Positions 30,048-39,674 of a stretch of 64,000 bases of DNA are shown here, piece by piece (position 1 is the first letter of the stretch; each line of letters begins with the position of its first letter). The stretch is from contig CAVRRH010000007.1 of assembly GCA_963723565.1 (NCBI GenBank), forward strand, positions 236,643-300,642, in the 5' to 3' direction. The notes under the pieces were generated by a model. The model was not told the DNA's origin. It searched no databases and worked only from the letters and a program-made list of their open reading frames with translations. The stretch is from an uncultured Gemmatimonadales bacterium (GTDB lineage: Bacteria; Gemmatimonadota; Gemmatimonadetes; Gemmatimonadales; GWC2-71-9). A program made the translations under genes and the position numbers.

Positions 30048-31145
30048 ATGTTCCGTAACTACCGTATGATCCGCGGCATCGCCGCCGGCCTCGTCGTTCT
30101 GGCTTCGCCCCTCGACGCCCGTCCCAATCCCTCTGGCGAACCGGTCGCAGTCACGGCCAAGCTCTCGGAATGGAAGGTCCAGCTATCGGCGGCGACGGTC
30201 AGTCCGGGCCTGGTCGCATTCAGCGTCACGAACTCAGGGAGCATTCCGCACGCGCTGGAGGTGGAGGGGCAGGGGCTCGAGCAGCAGACGGTTCTGCTCC
30301 AGCCGGGCTCAGGCACCACTCTCACCTTGACGCTCGCGCCCGGAACCTACGAGGTGTACTGCCCGGTAGGAGAGGATTCGCATAAGAAGCTCGGCATGGA
30401 GACCCACTTGAAGGTGGTGAGCGCGAGCGGCTCACGATCTCCCGGTTACGCAGACATCAAGCGGACTCCCGCACCAACTCCGCCGGCGAAAGTACCGGCC
30501 ATTCAGGTGGCGGGTGGCGGTCCGGTGATCCAGATCCTGCCCGGACGGTTTCCCTTCGCCGACAGTGCGGCGCCGATCCTCAAGCAGTTCGGCGGCGAGC
30601 GGGAAGGCCTCGAGTCTCAGGCAGAGAACGGCCCGTACTCAAACAATGTCGCGCCCATCGCCGGCAGCTTCACGCTCACAGCCTGGGACAAGGGCGCCAC
30701 TCGCGATTCGGTCGACGGGCTCGCCAAGTTCACCACCCAGGACCAGGCCCGGTGGAAGCTGGTGCTGGACCGGGTGCAGACCAAGGACGTGCCCCATCAC
30801 CCTCGCTTCGGCGGCGTGATCCTGGGACTCTACTACCACGGAATGACCGGCGTGCACACCCCTCTTGTCCCCACGATTAACAGCGCGGTGGCGCTCTGGG
30901 CCATCGGTCACCTGTACCGGAATGGCACGCTGGTGACGGACAACGCGATGGTGCATGTGATGCAGCTCTCGCGCACTCGCCGACCCGGTGACTTCGCGCT
31001 GGCCTGCTGGGATTGCTCTAAGAACAAGGTCGATGAGCTGCAGCTGCAGGTGCTGCCGGCTCCCGGCGAGCCGAAGTTCGATGCGCCGGGCGGGTTTCTG
31101 TTCGTGAACTGGGAGAAGTCTCGTTCCCGCAAATCGGCAAGCTGA
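30048..31145 (+). CDS. secreted protein with N-terminal cupredoxin-like domain and a C-terminal domain of unknown function
   Basis: Signal-like N-terminus. Type-1-copper-like ligand pattern: His in SIPHALEV, then YCPVGEDSHKKLGM (Cys, His, Met). The remaining ~230 aa are not recognisable. Confidence 0.55.
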   Translation: MFRNYRMIRGIAAGLVVLASPLDARPNPSGEPVAVTAKLSEWKVQLSAATVSPGLVAFSVTNSGSIPHALEVEGQGLEQQTVLLQPGSGTTLTLTLAPGTYEVYCPVGEDSHKKLGMETHLKVVSASGSRSPGYADIKRTPAPTPPAKVPAIQVAGGGPVIQILPGRFPFADSAAPILKQFGGEREGLESQAENGPYSNNVAPIAGSFTLTAWDKGATRDSVDGLAKFTTQDQARWKLVLDRVQTKDVPHHPRFGGVILGLYYHGMTGVHTPLVPTINSAVALWAIGHLYRNGTLVTDNAMVHVMQLSRTRRPGDFALACWDCSKNKVDELQLQVLPAPGEPKFDAPGGFLFVNWEKSRSRKSAS

Positions 31146-31170
31146 ACCTGGGCCCTCGGAAACGCGAGAA

Positions 31171-31327
31171 GGGGGGAAGGCGGTACGGCGGGAAGGCGGT
31201 ACGGCGGCCAAGCACTAACAGACCTCATCCCGAGTGCAACGAGATGAGGAATGCTTCTAAACCGCTCTTTTCCACCTATCCTGCCGCCGCTCCCTCTACC
31301 CCCCTACCGCCTTACCGCCCTGTCGCC
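31171..31327. repeat. palindrome with GGAAGGCGGTACGGCG-type arms and a central CCTCATCCCGAG..GATGAGG hairpin
   Basis: Left arm 31171-31207, central hairpin 31223-31249, right arm 31284-31327 (..CCCCTACCGCCTTACCGCCC..). The stop codon of the minus-strand DinB-family gene lies inside the right arm. Confidence 0.7.
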
Positions 31328-31772
31328 TGCCCCTAAGCGCCAATCTGATTTGCCCCAGATGATGCTCATTATGAGAGGCGACCTTGTCGAATTCATCCTT
31401 CAGCGTCCGTACCCCCGTCACACTGTGCACGAACTCGAGATGACCTTTCTGTTCGTAGTACCTGCCGGCGTAGTAGATGATGGCGCTGCGAACCGATTCG
31501 TAGACCCGCCGGGAGATGTCGAGCGGCACCTGGGAATAGTCGAGGCCCTTGGCCCAGGCATCCTGGTCATATACCCACAGCACCTGACGAGGTTCGCTGA
31601 GAACTCGGCGGATGCGATCGAAGAGAACCGTCTCGCTATCGGAGAGGTGGTGGAGGACAAATCTGACGGACCACTTGCCCGGGCCGTATGTGCGCATGAG
31701 ATCGCGCTGGTCGAGCGAGAAGTACCGCAGCGTCTCGTCTCTGGTCGTTTCGAGCTCTCGGATCAGTTGCAT
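31296..31772 (-). CDS. DinB-family (DinB_2-like four-helix bundle) protein
   Basis: Start taken at MQLIRELETTRDETL (aa 79 of ORF 31296..32006). His-containing motifs VLHHLSDSE and SHNEHHLGQI. The last ~10 codons are repeat-arm sequence. Confidence 0.6.
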   Translation of the reverse strand: MQLIRELETTRDETLRYFSLDQRDLMRTYGPGKWSVRFVLHHLSDSETVLFDRIRRVLSEPRQVLWVYDQDAWAKGLDYSQVPLDISRRVYESVRSAIIYYAGRYYEQKGHLEFVHSVTGVRTLKDEFDKVASHNEHHLGQIRLALRGRRQGGKAVGG

Positions 31773-31882
31773 GCTGGGTCCTCGCGGCGAGGAGGAGCGG
31801 TCACCAGGTTGTGTGACAACCCGAATCGAAAGTATGTCTGGGTAGCCACTTGTGAAGACAGGAGCTTTCTCTGGGGTGTTCC

Positions 31883-32590
31883 TCATGGCCGAGGCGGCGA
31901 GCCGAGTCTGAGACTCATGGTTGGTCGCAGGGTCCAGATCTCGACCGTGGTCTTCGCGATCAAGCGGCTCACGCCGTCGGGGAGCTCCTGTCCACTCCTT
32001 TCCCAAAGGACCGCCGACAGGCTCCCATGCGGCCGCAGCCGGACGTAACGTGGCGAAGGTCCACCGCCAATCAACCGATACCAGAGGGTCTCCGCCTGCA
32101 GTTTCGATTGGACCGCGCCGAGGGCCGACTCGAAGGCCCTGGCCGCTCCGGGCACCAGGTCTACCATCGTGAACTCGAGGCGAGCGGCCGGCTCCGGCTC
32201 ACCCGTCCCCCCGCCCCGCGAGAGATCGGGCAGGTACTCGTACAGCCCGTTGGTCACCCACTCGATGTAGGGTGCCACGTTGAGCACGTTGTCCCGCTCG
32301 TCCTCCGCTGGGGTCACGGCGCTATCCAAGCTCGCGGCCGAATGCCCAAACGTCGCGTAGACGAACCACCGGTATCGATCGCCGGCCCAGATGCTCCAGC
32401 CATACCATACCCAGGGATCCCTGGCCTGCTGGTGCCACGCGAGGTGCCGGATATACCCAGCCTCGAAGTCGACAATCTTCCCGTCATGCGGACGCAAGAC
32501 CGCGATGCGGGCGTACGGACCCCGGCCGGTTTGAGCGCCGAGGAGCGTGGGAAGCAGGAAGCCCATGAGCCCCAGCCAAGGATGCTTCAT
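31883..32590 (-). CDS. hypothetical secreted protein
   Basis: 235-aa ORF with an N-terminal signal-like segment (MKHPWLGLMGFLLPTLLGAQT). No recognisable domain. Confidence 0.45.
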   Translation of the reverse strand: MKHPWLGLMGFLLPTLLGAQTGRGPYARIAVLRPHDGKIVDFEAGYIRHLAWHQQARDPWVWYGWSIWAGDRYRWFVYATFGHSAASLDSAVTPAEDERDNVLNVAPYIEWVTNGLYEYLPDLSRGGGTGEPEPAARLEFTMVDLVPGAARAFESALGAVQSKLQAETLWYRLIGGGPSPRYVRLRPHGSLSAVLWERSGQELPDGVSRLIAKTTVEIWTLRPTMSLRLGSPPRP

Positions 32591-32719
32591 GACCGGATCC
32601 TCGCGAGTGGAAATTGACCCCGCCAGTATATCGCGGCGCCACCGGAGGAAACGGACGAATTACCACCCTTTTCGGCCAACCGGTTGAGTCAGCCCCGGTC
32701 TAGCGCGCATGTTTCTTCC

Positions 32720-33760
32720 ATGCGCAAACCTCGCCCCGTCGTGGTGCTGGTGGTTCCGCCGATCGAGGAGCTGGACCTCGTCGGTCCGGTGCAGGTGCTG
32801 AGTACCGCGAGCCGCCTGATGGGCCGGGGCGGAACGCCATACGAGATCCGCATCGTCTCGACGACTCGCGACCGGGTGATCGCCGGCGAAAGTGGGTTGT
32901 CCATCGTCGCCCAAGGACACTACCAGGACCTCGAGGGCGAGATCGATTCATTGCTCGTCGTGAGCGGTGTGAAGACGCGGAACCGGCGCGACGACGAGCT
33001 TGCCGCGTGGTTGCGAGGCACCGTGCCGGCGTGCCGGCGGGTGGGGGCGGTCTGCATCTCGGCGTTCATTCTTGCGCGGGCCGGCGTGTTGACGAATCAG
33101 CGCGCGACGGTCCACTGGAAGTACGCCCACGAGCTGGCGTACCGGTATCCGCGGCTCTCGGTGGATCCGAACCCGATCTGGGTTCAGGCAGGAAAGATCT
33201 ACACGTCGAGCGGCTTTTCGGCCGGCATCGACCTCGCGCTGGCCTGGGTGGCCGAGGACTGTGGGAGTGCGACCGCCGTCGAGGCCGCCCGAGAGCTGGT
33301 GCTGTTCCTGCGCCGGCCGGCCGGCCAGACCCAGCTCAGCGTCACGCTCGCCGCGCAGGCGAGCGAGATGCAACCGATTCAGGAGCTCCAGGTGTGGATC
33401 GCGGACAATCTCAGCCGGCGCGATCTGTCCACAGCCGCACTCGCCGACCGGGTGTCGATGAGCGTGCGCAATTTTGGACGGGTGTTCACCGCCGACGTCG
33501 GCACCACGCCGGCGAAGTACGTGCTCCACCTGCGGGTAGAGGCCGCCCGCCGGCTGCTCCAGTCGTCGTCGCACGATCTCCGGCGCATCGCGACGGCCGT
33601 CGGGTTCGGCAGCGTGGACGGCATGCGCCGGGCGTTCGTTCGCGTCCTCGGCAAATCACCGCGCGAAATGCGGGCTCCTAAGGCAAAGAGGTCCTCACGC
33701 GCTTTGGGAGAGCGTCATCTGCCGACGAGGGAGCTTCTACACGGGTGCGCCGATGACTAA
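32720..33760 (+). CDS. GlxA-family transcriptional regulator (DJ-1/PfpI-like domain plus AraC HTH)
   Basis: The N-terminal domain (VVVLVVPPIEELDLVGP..VCISAFILARAG) is followed by an AraC-type HTH (LADRVSMSVRNFGRVF..IATAVGFGSVDGMRRAF). Confidence 0.8.
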   Translation: MRKPRPVVVLVVPPIEELDLVGPVQVLSTASRLMGRGGTPYEIRIVSTTRDRVIAGESGLSIVAQGHYQDLEGEIDSLLVVSGVKTRNRRDDELAAWLRGTVPACRRVGAVCISAFILARAGVLTNQRATVHWKYAHELAYRYPRLSVDPNPIWVQAGKIYTSSGFSAGIDLALAWVAEDCGSATAVEAARELVLFLRRPAGQTQLSVTLAAQASEMQPIQELQVWIADNLSRRDLSTAALADRVSMSVRNFGRVFTADVGTTPAKYVLHLRVEAARRLLQSSSHDLRRIATAVGFGSVDGMRRAFVRVLGKSPREMRAPKAKRSSRALGERHLPTRELLHGCADD

Positions 33761-33799
33761 GGCCCTGAGCGGTGGAACGTCACCTGGATCCTCGCCCTT

Positions 33800-34828
33800 G
33801 TGGGGACCTGCACCTCTGGCAGTTTGGGGCGCAACCCAGAGTACCGTCAGGGTTGGGCGCCAGGACCTGCGCTCCCCGAGCGGATTCAGGAAATCCACGC
33901 GGCTGTTCTCCATGGCCGTCCTTATGTCGCAGGTGGCTTCCATGCCGGCAGTGCCGTCAGCGCCGCCGTCTACCGATTGGACGCGGCCTCCGGTCGATGG
34001 GAGCAGGCCGCCAGATTGCCTGAGTCACGCCACCACATGCCCCTCGCCGCCGTGGGCGACTCGCTCTACGCGATCGGTGGGCTGGGACCGGCCGGGATGA
34101 CCGCCGCGGCGACGCTATGGCTCTACGACGAGCGGAACGATCGCTGGCTGAACCGTACTCCGCTGCCTGAGCCACGGGGCGCGAGCGCGGCCGGAGTGAT
34201 CGACGGACGCATCTTCGTGGTCGGTGGATTCGGATCGGGCGGCCGCCTGCTCGATTCGATTGCGATCTACGACCCGTCAACGAATCGCTGGCGGCACGGG
34301 GCGCCGATCCTGACCCCGAGAGATCACCTTGCTGCAGCTGTCATCGATGGAAAGGTGTACGCCGTCGGTGGCCGACCGTTGGATCCAGATAGAAACTTCA
34401 ATGTTCTCGAGGCATACGATCCCTCGACCGACACCTGGACCGAGCGCACCCCAATGCCGACAGCCCGGGGCGGACTTGCGGCCGTGGCCCTTCAGAATCG
34501 GATCTACACCTACGGCGGAGAAACCACGCGGAAGGTCTTCGCGGAGCATGAGGTCTACGACGTCACCACAGATGCCTGGAGCTCTGCACCGCCGCTTCCT
34601 ACGCCGCGACATGGTCTCGCCGCGGCGATTCTCGGCAACCGGATCTATGTCATCGGGGGCGGGCCACGCGCGGGACTAGCGCAGACCAAAGTGGTCGAGG
34701 TCTACGCACCTCCTCACGCTACCGCCGTACCGCTAATCCGGGCGATGGCCTCGACGGCACCGGCACCACCGGGCTCTTCGGCCCTCGCGGCAGCAGCTCT
34801 GGTAGATTCGCCAGCTCGTAGGCGGTGA
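33800..34828 (+). CDS. Kelch-repeat beta-propeller protein (termini uncertain)
   Basis: Five to six Kelch-like repeats (..YVAGG.., ..LYAIGG.., ..IFVVGG.., ..VYAVGG.., ..IYTYGG.., ..IYVIGG..). No signal peptide is in frame. The 3' end overlaps the convergent M28 gene and runs through a CTACCGCCGTACCGC repeat. Confidence 0.6.
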   Translation: MGTCTSGSLGRNPEYRQGWAPGPALPERIQEIHAAVLHGRPYVAGGFHAGSAVSAAVYRLDAASGRWEQAARLPESRHHMPLAAVGDSLYAIGGLGPAGMTAAATLWLYDERNDRWLNRTPLPEPRGASAAGVIDGRIFVVGGFGSGGRLLDSIAIYDPSTNRWRHGAPILTPRDHLAAAVIDGKVYAVGGRPLDPDRNFNVLEAYDPSTDTWTERTPMPTARGGLAAVALQNRIYTYGGETTRKVFAEHEVYDVTTDAWSSAPPLPTPRHGLAAAILGNRIYVIGGGPRAGLAQTKVVEVYAPPHATAVPLIRAMASTAPAPPGSSALAAAALVDSPARRR

Positions 34829-36245
34829 CCGCCATGACCGCCGTCGCCTGCTTCAGGTCGCCTGCCACCGCCTTGTCGTAGGTGTCGCTCTGTGAGTGGT
34901 GGGTGTGGTTGTACCCCCGGCTCAGCTGATCGAAGTTGAATCCGGGCACACCATAGGGCAGGAACGACAGATGGTCGGTGCCCGTCTTGCTCGCGTCCCG
35001 CACACTGTCGGCATCGAGCGGGGCAACCGGTACCAGCAGCTCTCTCCAGAGTCCCTCGAGGTCCTTTCGTCCTTGCAGTGCCTGGCCGGTGATGGCGCCG
35101 GTGCCGTTGTCCAGCACCAGCACCGCCTGGATACTGTCGGCCGTGGCGGCATGCGCCTCCGCGTACGCCCGCGAGCCCAGCAATCCCTGCTCTTCACCGC
35201 TGAACAAGACGAACCGGATCGTTCGCTTCGGCTTGAGGCCGGACTGCGCGATGGCGCGAGCAGCCTCAAGCACGACCATCGATCCGGTTCCATTGTCGGT
35301 GACTCCGGTGCCAAGATCCCAGCTGTCGAGGTGGGCGCCCAGGATGACCGTCTGTCCCGGTAGCTCGGTACCACGGATCTCCGCCACCGTATTCCACTGC
35401 TGTATCGGCTTCTTGCCCAGGCGATTTTCCACTCGACCCTCCAGCCGAGGCGTCGTGCCGGCAGCCATCAGGCGAGCCAGCAGGGCGTAGTCCTCGTTGG
35501 AGATCACCAGATTGGGCAGCGGCGACACCCGGTTGGGTGAGCCGCTCATGGTCATGAGCCCATGCTCCTTCGAGCCATCCAGCAGGGTGCCGAGCGCGCC
35601 CGCCGCTGTCAGGATGTAAGGCAGATCCACGGTGAATTGCCGCCGCGCGGCAACCGCCGCCGCGGAGGTGTCCGCCGTAGCCAGCGAGCGCAGCCGGAGC
35701 TTCTCTTTGAGACGCACAGAATCCACGTCCGTCATCGCTGGCCCATCCGGATTCCAGACCGGATAGGGCGCCCGCGGCAGCACCCAGGCCCCTTTCACCT
35801 TGTCCCGATAGACGGCCAGGCTTTCAGGAGTGGTGAGATCGGCAAGAACCACCGGACCGGCCAATGTCTTCCCGCCGGTCCCCTGGGTCCACGCCCAACT
35901 GTGGGCGTCGATAGCCCGCGAGAACGGCGCCGTCAGACGCAGTAAGGCCGACCCCCGCTCCCAAGGCACTCCGAAAGCATAGGGCTCCAGTGTGGCGCTC
36001 AAACCGTAGGCCCTGAACCGCTCGGCGGTCCAGTCGTTGGCACGCCGCATGGCGGGGGACCCCGACAGCCGGGGACCGATGACATCGCTGAGATGTTGGA
36101 GGTTCTGCATCACCTCCGAGCGGTTCAGCGCCTGCTCGATCAGCACGCCGGCTCCCGAGGTATCGACCCGGGACTGGGCGGCGAGTGGAGCTGTGCCGGT
36201 CAAAGCGAGCAGGCAGAGGAACGTCTTCTGGGGTTTCGTGGTCAC
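34719..36245 (-). CDS. M28-family aminopeptidase with PA domain, secreted
   Basis: GTG 36245 lies 5 nt after GAGGGG. Signal peptide FLCLLALTGTAPLAAQS. Zinc-site blocks ILGAHLDSWDLGTGVTDNGTG and FSGEEQGLLGS. Confidence 0.8.
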   Translation of the reverse strand: MTTKPQKTFLCLLALTGTAPLAAQSRVDTSGAGVLIEQALNRSEVMQNLQHLSDVIGPRLSGSPAMRRANDWTAERFRAYGLSATLEPYAFGVPWERGSALLRLTAPFSRAIDAHSWAWTQGTGGKTLAGPVVLADLTTPESLAVYRDKVKGAWVLPRAPYPVWNPDGPAMTDVDSVRLKEKLRLRSLATADTSAAAVAARRQFTVDLPYILTAAGALGTLLDGSKEHGLMTMSGSPNRVSPLPNLVISNEDYALLARLMAAGTTPRLEGRVENRLGKKPIQQWNTVAEIRGTELPGQTVILGAHLDSWDLGTGVTDNGTGSMVVLEAARAIAQSGLKPKRTIRFVLFSGEEQGLLGSRAYAEAHAATADSIQAVLVLDNGTGAITGQALQGRKDLEGLWRELLVPVAPLDADSVRDASKTGTDHLSFLPYGVPGFNFDQLSRGYNHTHHSQSDTYDKAVAGDLKQATAVMAVTAYELANLPELLPRGPKSPVVPVPSRPSPGLAVRR

Positions 36246-36313
36246 TGTTTCCCCTCTATGTTGCGGGCTGGAGCCGAGACTCAGGACTTCCATTCTCGTC
36301 GAGGACTCAGCGT

Positions 36314-37639
36314 TTGCCCAAGGACAGCATTACCGTCACCGACAATCGGACCGGCAAGACCTACGAGCTGCCCATCACCGACGGCACCATCCGAGCCATC
36401 GATCTGCGCCAGATCAAGGTTGCCGATGACGATTTCGGCGTGATGACCTACGACCCGGCGTTCATGAATACCGCCGCGTGCCGGAGCGCCATCACCTTCA
36501 TCGACGGCGATCAGGGTATCCTGCGCTATCGCGGCTATCCGATCGAGCAGCTGGCCGAGAAGGCCTCATTTCTCGAGGTGGCCTACCTCCTCTGTGAGGG
36601 CGAGCTGCCGAAACGGCTGCAGCTGACCAAGTGGGAAGAAGAGATCAAGTTCCACACCTACGTTCATACCAATATTACCAAGTTTCTGGAGGGGTTCCGG
36701 TACGACGCCCACCCGATGGGAATGCTGCTGGGGGCCGTGGGGGCGCTTTCCACCTTCTACCCTGATGCGAAGAACATCCACGACCCGGCCAACCGCTATC
36801 TCCAACGGGTTCGCTTGCTGGCCAAGCTGCCGACCATCGCGGCGTTCGCGTTCCGCCACTCCCGTGGACTGCCGTACGAGTTCCCCCGGAACGATCTGGA
36901 CTACATCGGCAACTTCGTCAACATGACGTTCAGCATCGGCGGGCTTCATCAGCCCAACAAGGTGCTGCAGCGCGCACTCGAGATCCTCCTCATCCTGCAC
37001 GCCGACCATGAGCAAAACTGCTCCACCAATGCCGTGCGGGCGGTCGGCTCCTCCCACGTGGACCCCTTCTCCGCAATCAGCGCCGGCATTGCCGCCCTAT
37101 ACGGCCCGTTGCACGGAGGAGCCAACGAGGCCGTGCTTCAGATGCTGGACGAGATCGGCGACAAGAAGAACATCTCGTCGTTCATCGAGAAGGTTAAGGG
37201 CGGATCAGACCGGCTGATGGGCTTCGGCCATCGGGTCTACAAGTCGTACGACCCCCGCGCCAAGCTGATCAAGAAGGTGGCCTATGACGTCTTCGAGCAG
37301 ACCGGGCTCAACCCCAAGCTGGAGATGGCGCTCGAGCTGGAGCGGATCGCGCTCGAGGACGAGTACTTCATCAAGCGGAAGCTCTACCCCAACGTCGACT
37401 TCTATTCGGGCCTGATCTATCAGGCAATGGGATACCCGACGGACTATTTCACGGTCCTGTTTGCCATCGGGCGTACGCCGGGGTGGCTGGCCCAGTGGGA
37501 GGAGATGCTGCTCGACAAGGATCAGAAGATCGCCCGGCCGCGGCAGGTGTATATCGGGTCGGAACAGCGCGACTTCGTCCCCCTGGAGAAACGGGGCGAT
37601 CGCAGGAAAGTCGAGCGGGAGAGAGTTAGTAAGAGGTGA
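36314..37639 (+). CDS. gltA: citrate synthase (type II)
   Basis: TTG 36314 lies 8 nt after GAGGA; the longest ORF starts at 36185. Conserved GILRYRGYPIEQL, LILHADHEQNCST and GFGHRVYK motifs. The stop codon lies inside the repeat arm. Confidence 0.9.
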   Translation: MPKDSITVTDNRTGKTYELPITDGTIRAIDLRQIKVADDDFGVMTYDPAFMNTAACRSAITFIDGDQGILRYRGYPIEQLAEKASFLEVAYLLCEGELPKRLQLTKWEEEIKFHTYVHTNITKFLEGFRYDAHPMGMLLGAVGALSTFYPDAKNIHDPANRYLQRVRLLAKLPTIAAFAFRHSRGLPYEFPRNDLDYIGNFVNMTFSIGGLHQPNKVLQRALEILLILHADHEQNCSTNAVRAVGSSHVDPFSAISAGIAALYGPLHGGANEAVLQMLDEIGDKKNISSFIEKVKGGSDRLMGFGHRVYKSYDPRAKLIKKVAYDVFEQTGLNPKLEMALELERIALEDEYFIKRKLYPNVDFYSGLIYQAMGYPTDYFTVLFAIGRTPGWLAQWEEMLLDKDQKIARPRQVYIGSEQRDFVPLEKRGDRRKVERERVSKR

Positions 37640-37808
37640 GAGATGAGAAGTGAGAAGTGAGAAGTGAGAAGTTTAATGTGAAGCCTTGATTGTCACCCCG
37701 AGCGGACGCGAGGGGGCCTGAGCTGTGTAGAGCTTCGGCCCCTTCGCTGCGCTCAGGGTGACACGCCCTCTCACTTCTCACTTCTCACTTCTCACTTCTC
37801 ACTTCTTA
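37621..37808. repeat. exemplar composite palindrome: (GTGAGAA)n arm, GTCACCCCGAGCG..CGCTCAGGGTGAC core, (TTCTCAC)n arm
   Basis: The left arm, 37621-37671, has 7 heptads; the inner 3-4 are exact AGTGAGA. Core halves are at 37692-37718 and 37737-37762. The right arm, 37768-37808, has TCACTTC x5. It occupies the whole gap between the convergent gltA and speA genes, and both stop codons fall in the arms. Confidence 0.85.
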
Positions 37809-39674
37809 CGTTGTCGTCTCCGCCGGAACATCCCCCTCTAGGTACGTATACCCCTCCAGGCCTGCCACGAAATCGGCGATGAAGCTGTTCGCGTCCTGAC
37901 GGGTAAGCTCCTTCGCGTTGCTGACCTTTCGGCGGAACGCCGTCAGGAGGTCGGCGGCGTGGAACTGGACGTAATTGAGCACCTCCGTCACGGTATCGCC
38001 GTGGACGAGATCGGTGATCTCGTAGCCCTGTTCGGTCAGCCGCACGTGCACGGCGTTGGTGTCGCCGAACAGGTTGTGCAGGTCGCCCAGGATCTCCTGG
38101 TAGGCACCGGTGAGGAAGATGCCGAGGATGTACGGCTCGTCTTCCACCAGGGGATGAAGCTCGAGTGACGGCTTGCCCTTCCGGCCCCCGGTGAAACGGT
38201 CGATCACCCCATCCGAATCGCAGGTGACGTCCTGAAGCGTGCCCCGCCGGGTAGGTGCCTCGTTGAGGCGATGGATCGGCATGATGGGGAAGAGCTGATC
38301 GATGGCCCAATGGTCCGGGAGCGACTGAAAGACCGAAAAGTTGCAGAAGTAGCGGTCCACCAGCTGCGCCTCGATATGATTTACGATCTCGGGGAAACCC
38401 GCTTTGTCTTCCTTGATAGCCTGGGAGAGCGCACCCAGCGTCACCAGGTAGAGCTGATCGGCGTCGGCCTTGTCCCGGAGGGAGAAGACGCCGCTGGCGA
38501 AATACTCTTGGGCCCGTTCCTTGGCAAAGATCGCGTCGTGGAAGACCTCTTCGATCCGGTCCTGGGTGAGCCCCTCCAGGTTCTCCGACATCTCGACCAG
38601 CAGCGGGTGAGGCTCTTCCCGTAGTTTCGGGGGCACCGGCTCGACCTGGGACTCCACGTCGATCACGTTGATGAGCAGCAGCGCGTGATGCGCCGTGATC
38701 GCCCGCCCCGATTCCGAGATGATATGCGGCATCGGCAGTTCCTCGGTCCGGCACACGGAGCCCAGGGTGTAGACGATGTCGCTGGCGTATTCGCGCATCG
38801 AGTAGTTGACGCTGGCAGGGCGGGTCGAGCGGGACCCTTCGTAGTCCACCCCCAGCCCTCCTCCCACGTCCACATGGGTGATGTCGAAGCCCATGTTCCG
38901 GAGCTCGACATAGTAGCGTCCGATCTCCTCCAGCGCAGCCTTCACGTGACGGATATCGGTGATCTGGCTGCCCAGATGGAAGTGGACCAGCTTGAGGATG
39001 TCCTTCCGATCGAGGCGATCCAGCCGATCCAGCAGTTTCATCAGCTCGACGGCGCCGAGACCGAACTTCGATCGTTCACCTCCGCTCTTGGCCCAGCGTC
39101 CCGAGCCCTCGGTGGCGAGCTTAATCCGCACCCCGGCGGTCGGACGGACACCCATTTCATCCGCCACCTTGAGCAACACCTCCAGCTCGGTGAGCTGCTC
39201 GAGGACGATCATCACCTGGTGCCCAAGCTTCTGGCCCATCAGAGCCAGACGCATGAACTCTTCGTCCTTGTAGCCGTTACAGACGATCAGATGATTGCTG
39301 GCCTCGCTCAGGCCGAGCACCGCCTGGAGCTCGGGTTTGCTCCCGACCTCGAGCCCCACGCCGTGGGGCGCTCCGAACTCGACAATCTCCTGGATCACGT
39401 GCCGCTGCTGGTTCACCTTGACCGGATACACGGTGGTGTAGCTGCCCTGGTAACCGAACTCCTTGATGGCGTTGCCGAACTCGGTTGCGAGCGCCTGAAT
39501 CCTGGACTGCAGGATGTCCGAGAAACGAAGCAGAAGCGGCAGCCCGACCCCCTGGGCGTTCAGGTCCATGGCCAGACGGTAGAGATCGAGCCCGCGCTTG
39601 CGGTTGGCATCGGGGTGCACAGTTACGTGCCCCTCGGCGTTGACGCGAAAATAACCCAGGCCCCAGCCGCTCAT
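37806..39674 (-). CDS. speA: biosynthetic arginine decarboxylase
   Basis: 622-aa ORF with WGLGYFRVNAEGHVTV, YPVKVNQQRHV and a PLP-fold barrel. The frame stays open about 70 nt upstream of ATG 39674 (..WTTKDAEKLYN), preceded by AAGGAG, so the true start may be a non-ATG codon further 5'. Confidence 0.9.
   Translation of the reverse strand: MSGWGLGYFRVNAEGHVTVHPDANRKRGLDLYRLAMDLNAQGVGLPLLLRFSDILQSRIQALATEFGNAIKEFGYQGSYTTVYPVKVNQQRHVIQEIVEFGAPHGVGLEVGSKPELQAVLGLSEASNHLIVCNGYKDEEFMRLALMGQKLGHQVMIVLEQLTELEVLLKVADEMGVRPTAGVRIKLATEGSGRWAKSGGERSKFGLGAVELMKLLDRLDRLDRKDILKLVHFHLGSQITDIRHVKAALEEIGRYYVELRNMGFDITHVDVGGGLGVDYEGSRSTRPASVNYSMREYASDIVYTLGSVCRTEELPMPHIISESGRAITAHHALLLINVIDVESQVEPVPPKLREEPHPLLVEMSENLEGLTQDRIEEVFHDAIFAKERAQEYFASGVFSLRDKADADQLYLVTLGALSQAIKEDKAGFPEIVNHIEAQLVDRYFCNFSVFQSLPDHWAIDQLFPIMPIHRLNEAPTRRGTLQDVTCDSDGVIDRFTGGRKGKPSLELHPLVEDEPYILGIFLTGAYQEILGDLHNLFGDTNAVHVRLTEQGYEITDLVHGDTVTEVLNYVQFHAADLLTAFRRKVSNAKELTRQDANSFIADFVAGLEGYTYLEGDVPAETTT

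Noticed and set aside
37641-37805. The tandem repeats might be a CRISPR array.
   Set aside because: Repeat units are only 7-8 nt and directly abutting, with no spacers. The two blocks are reverse complements of each other. No cas genes are in the window.
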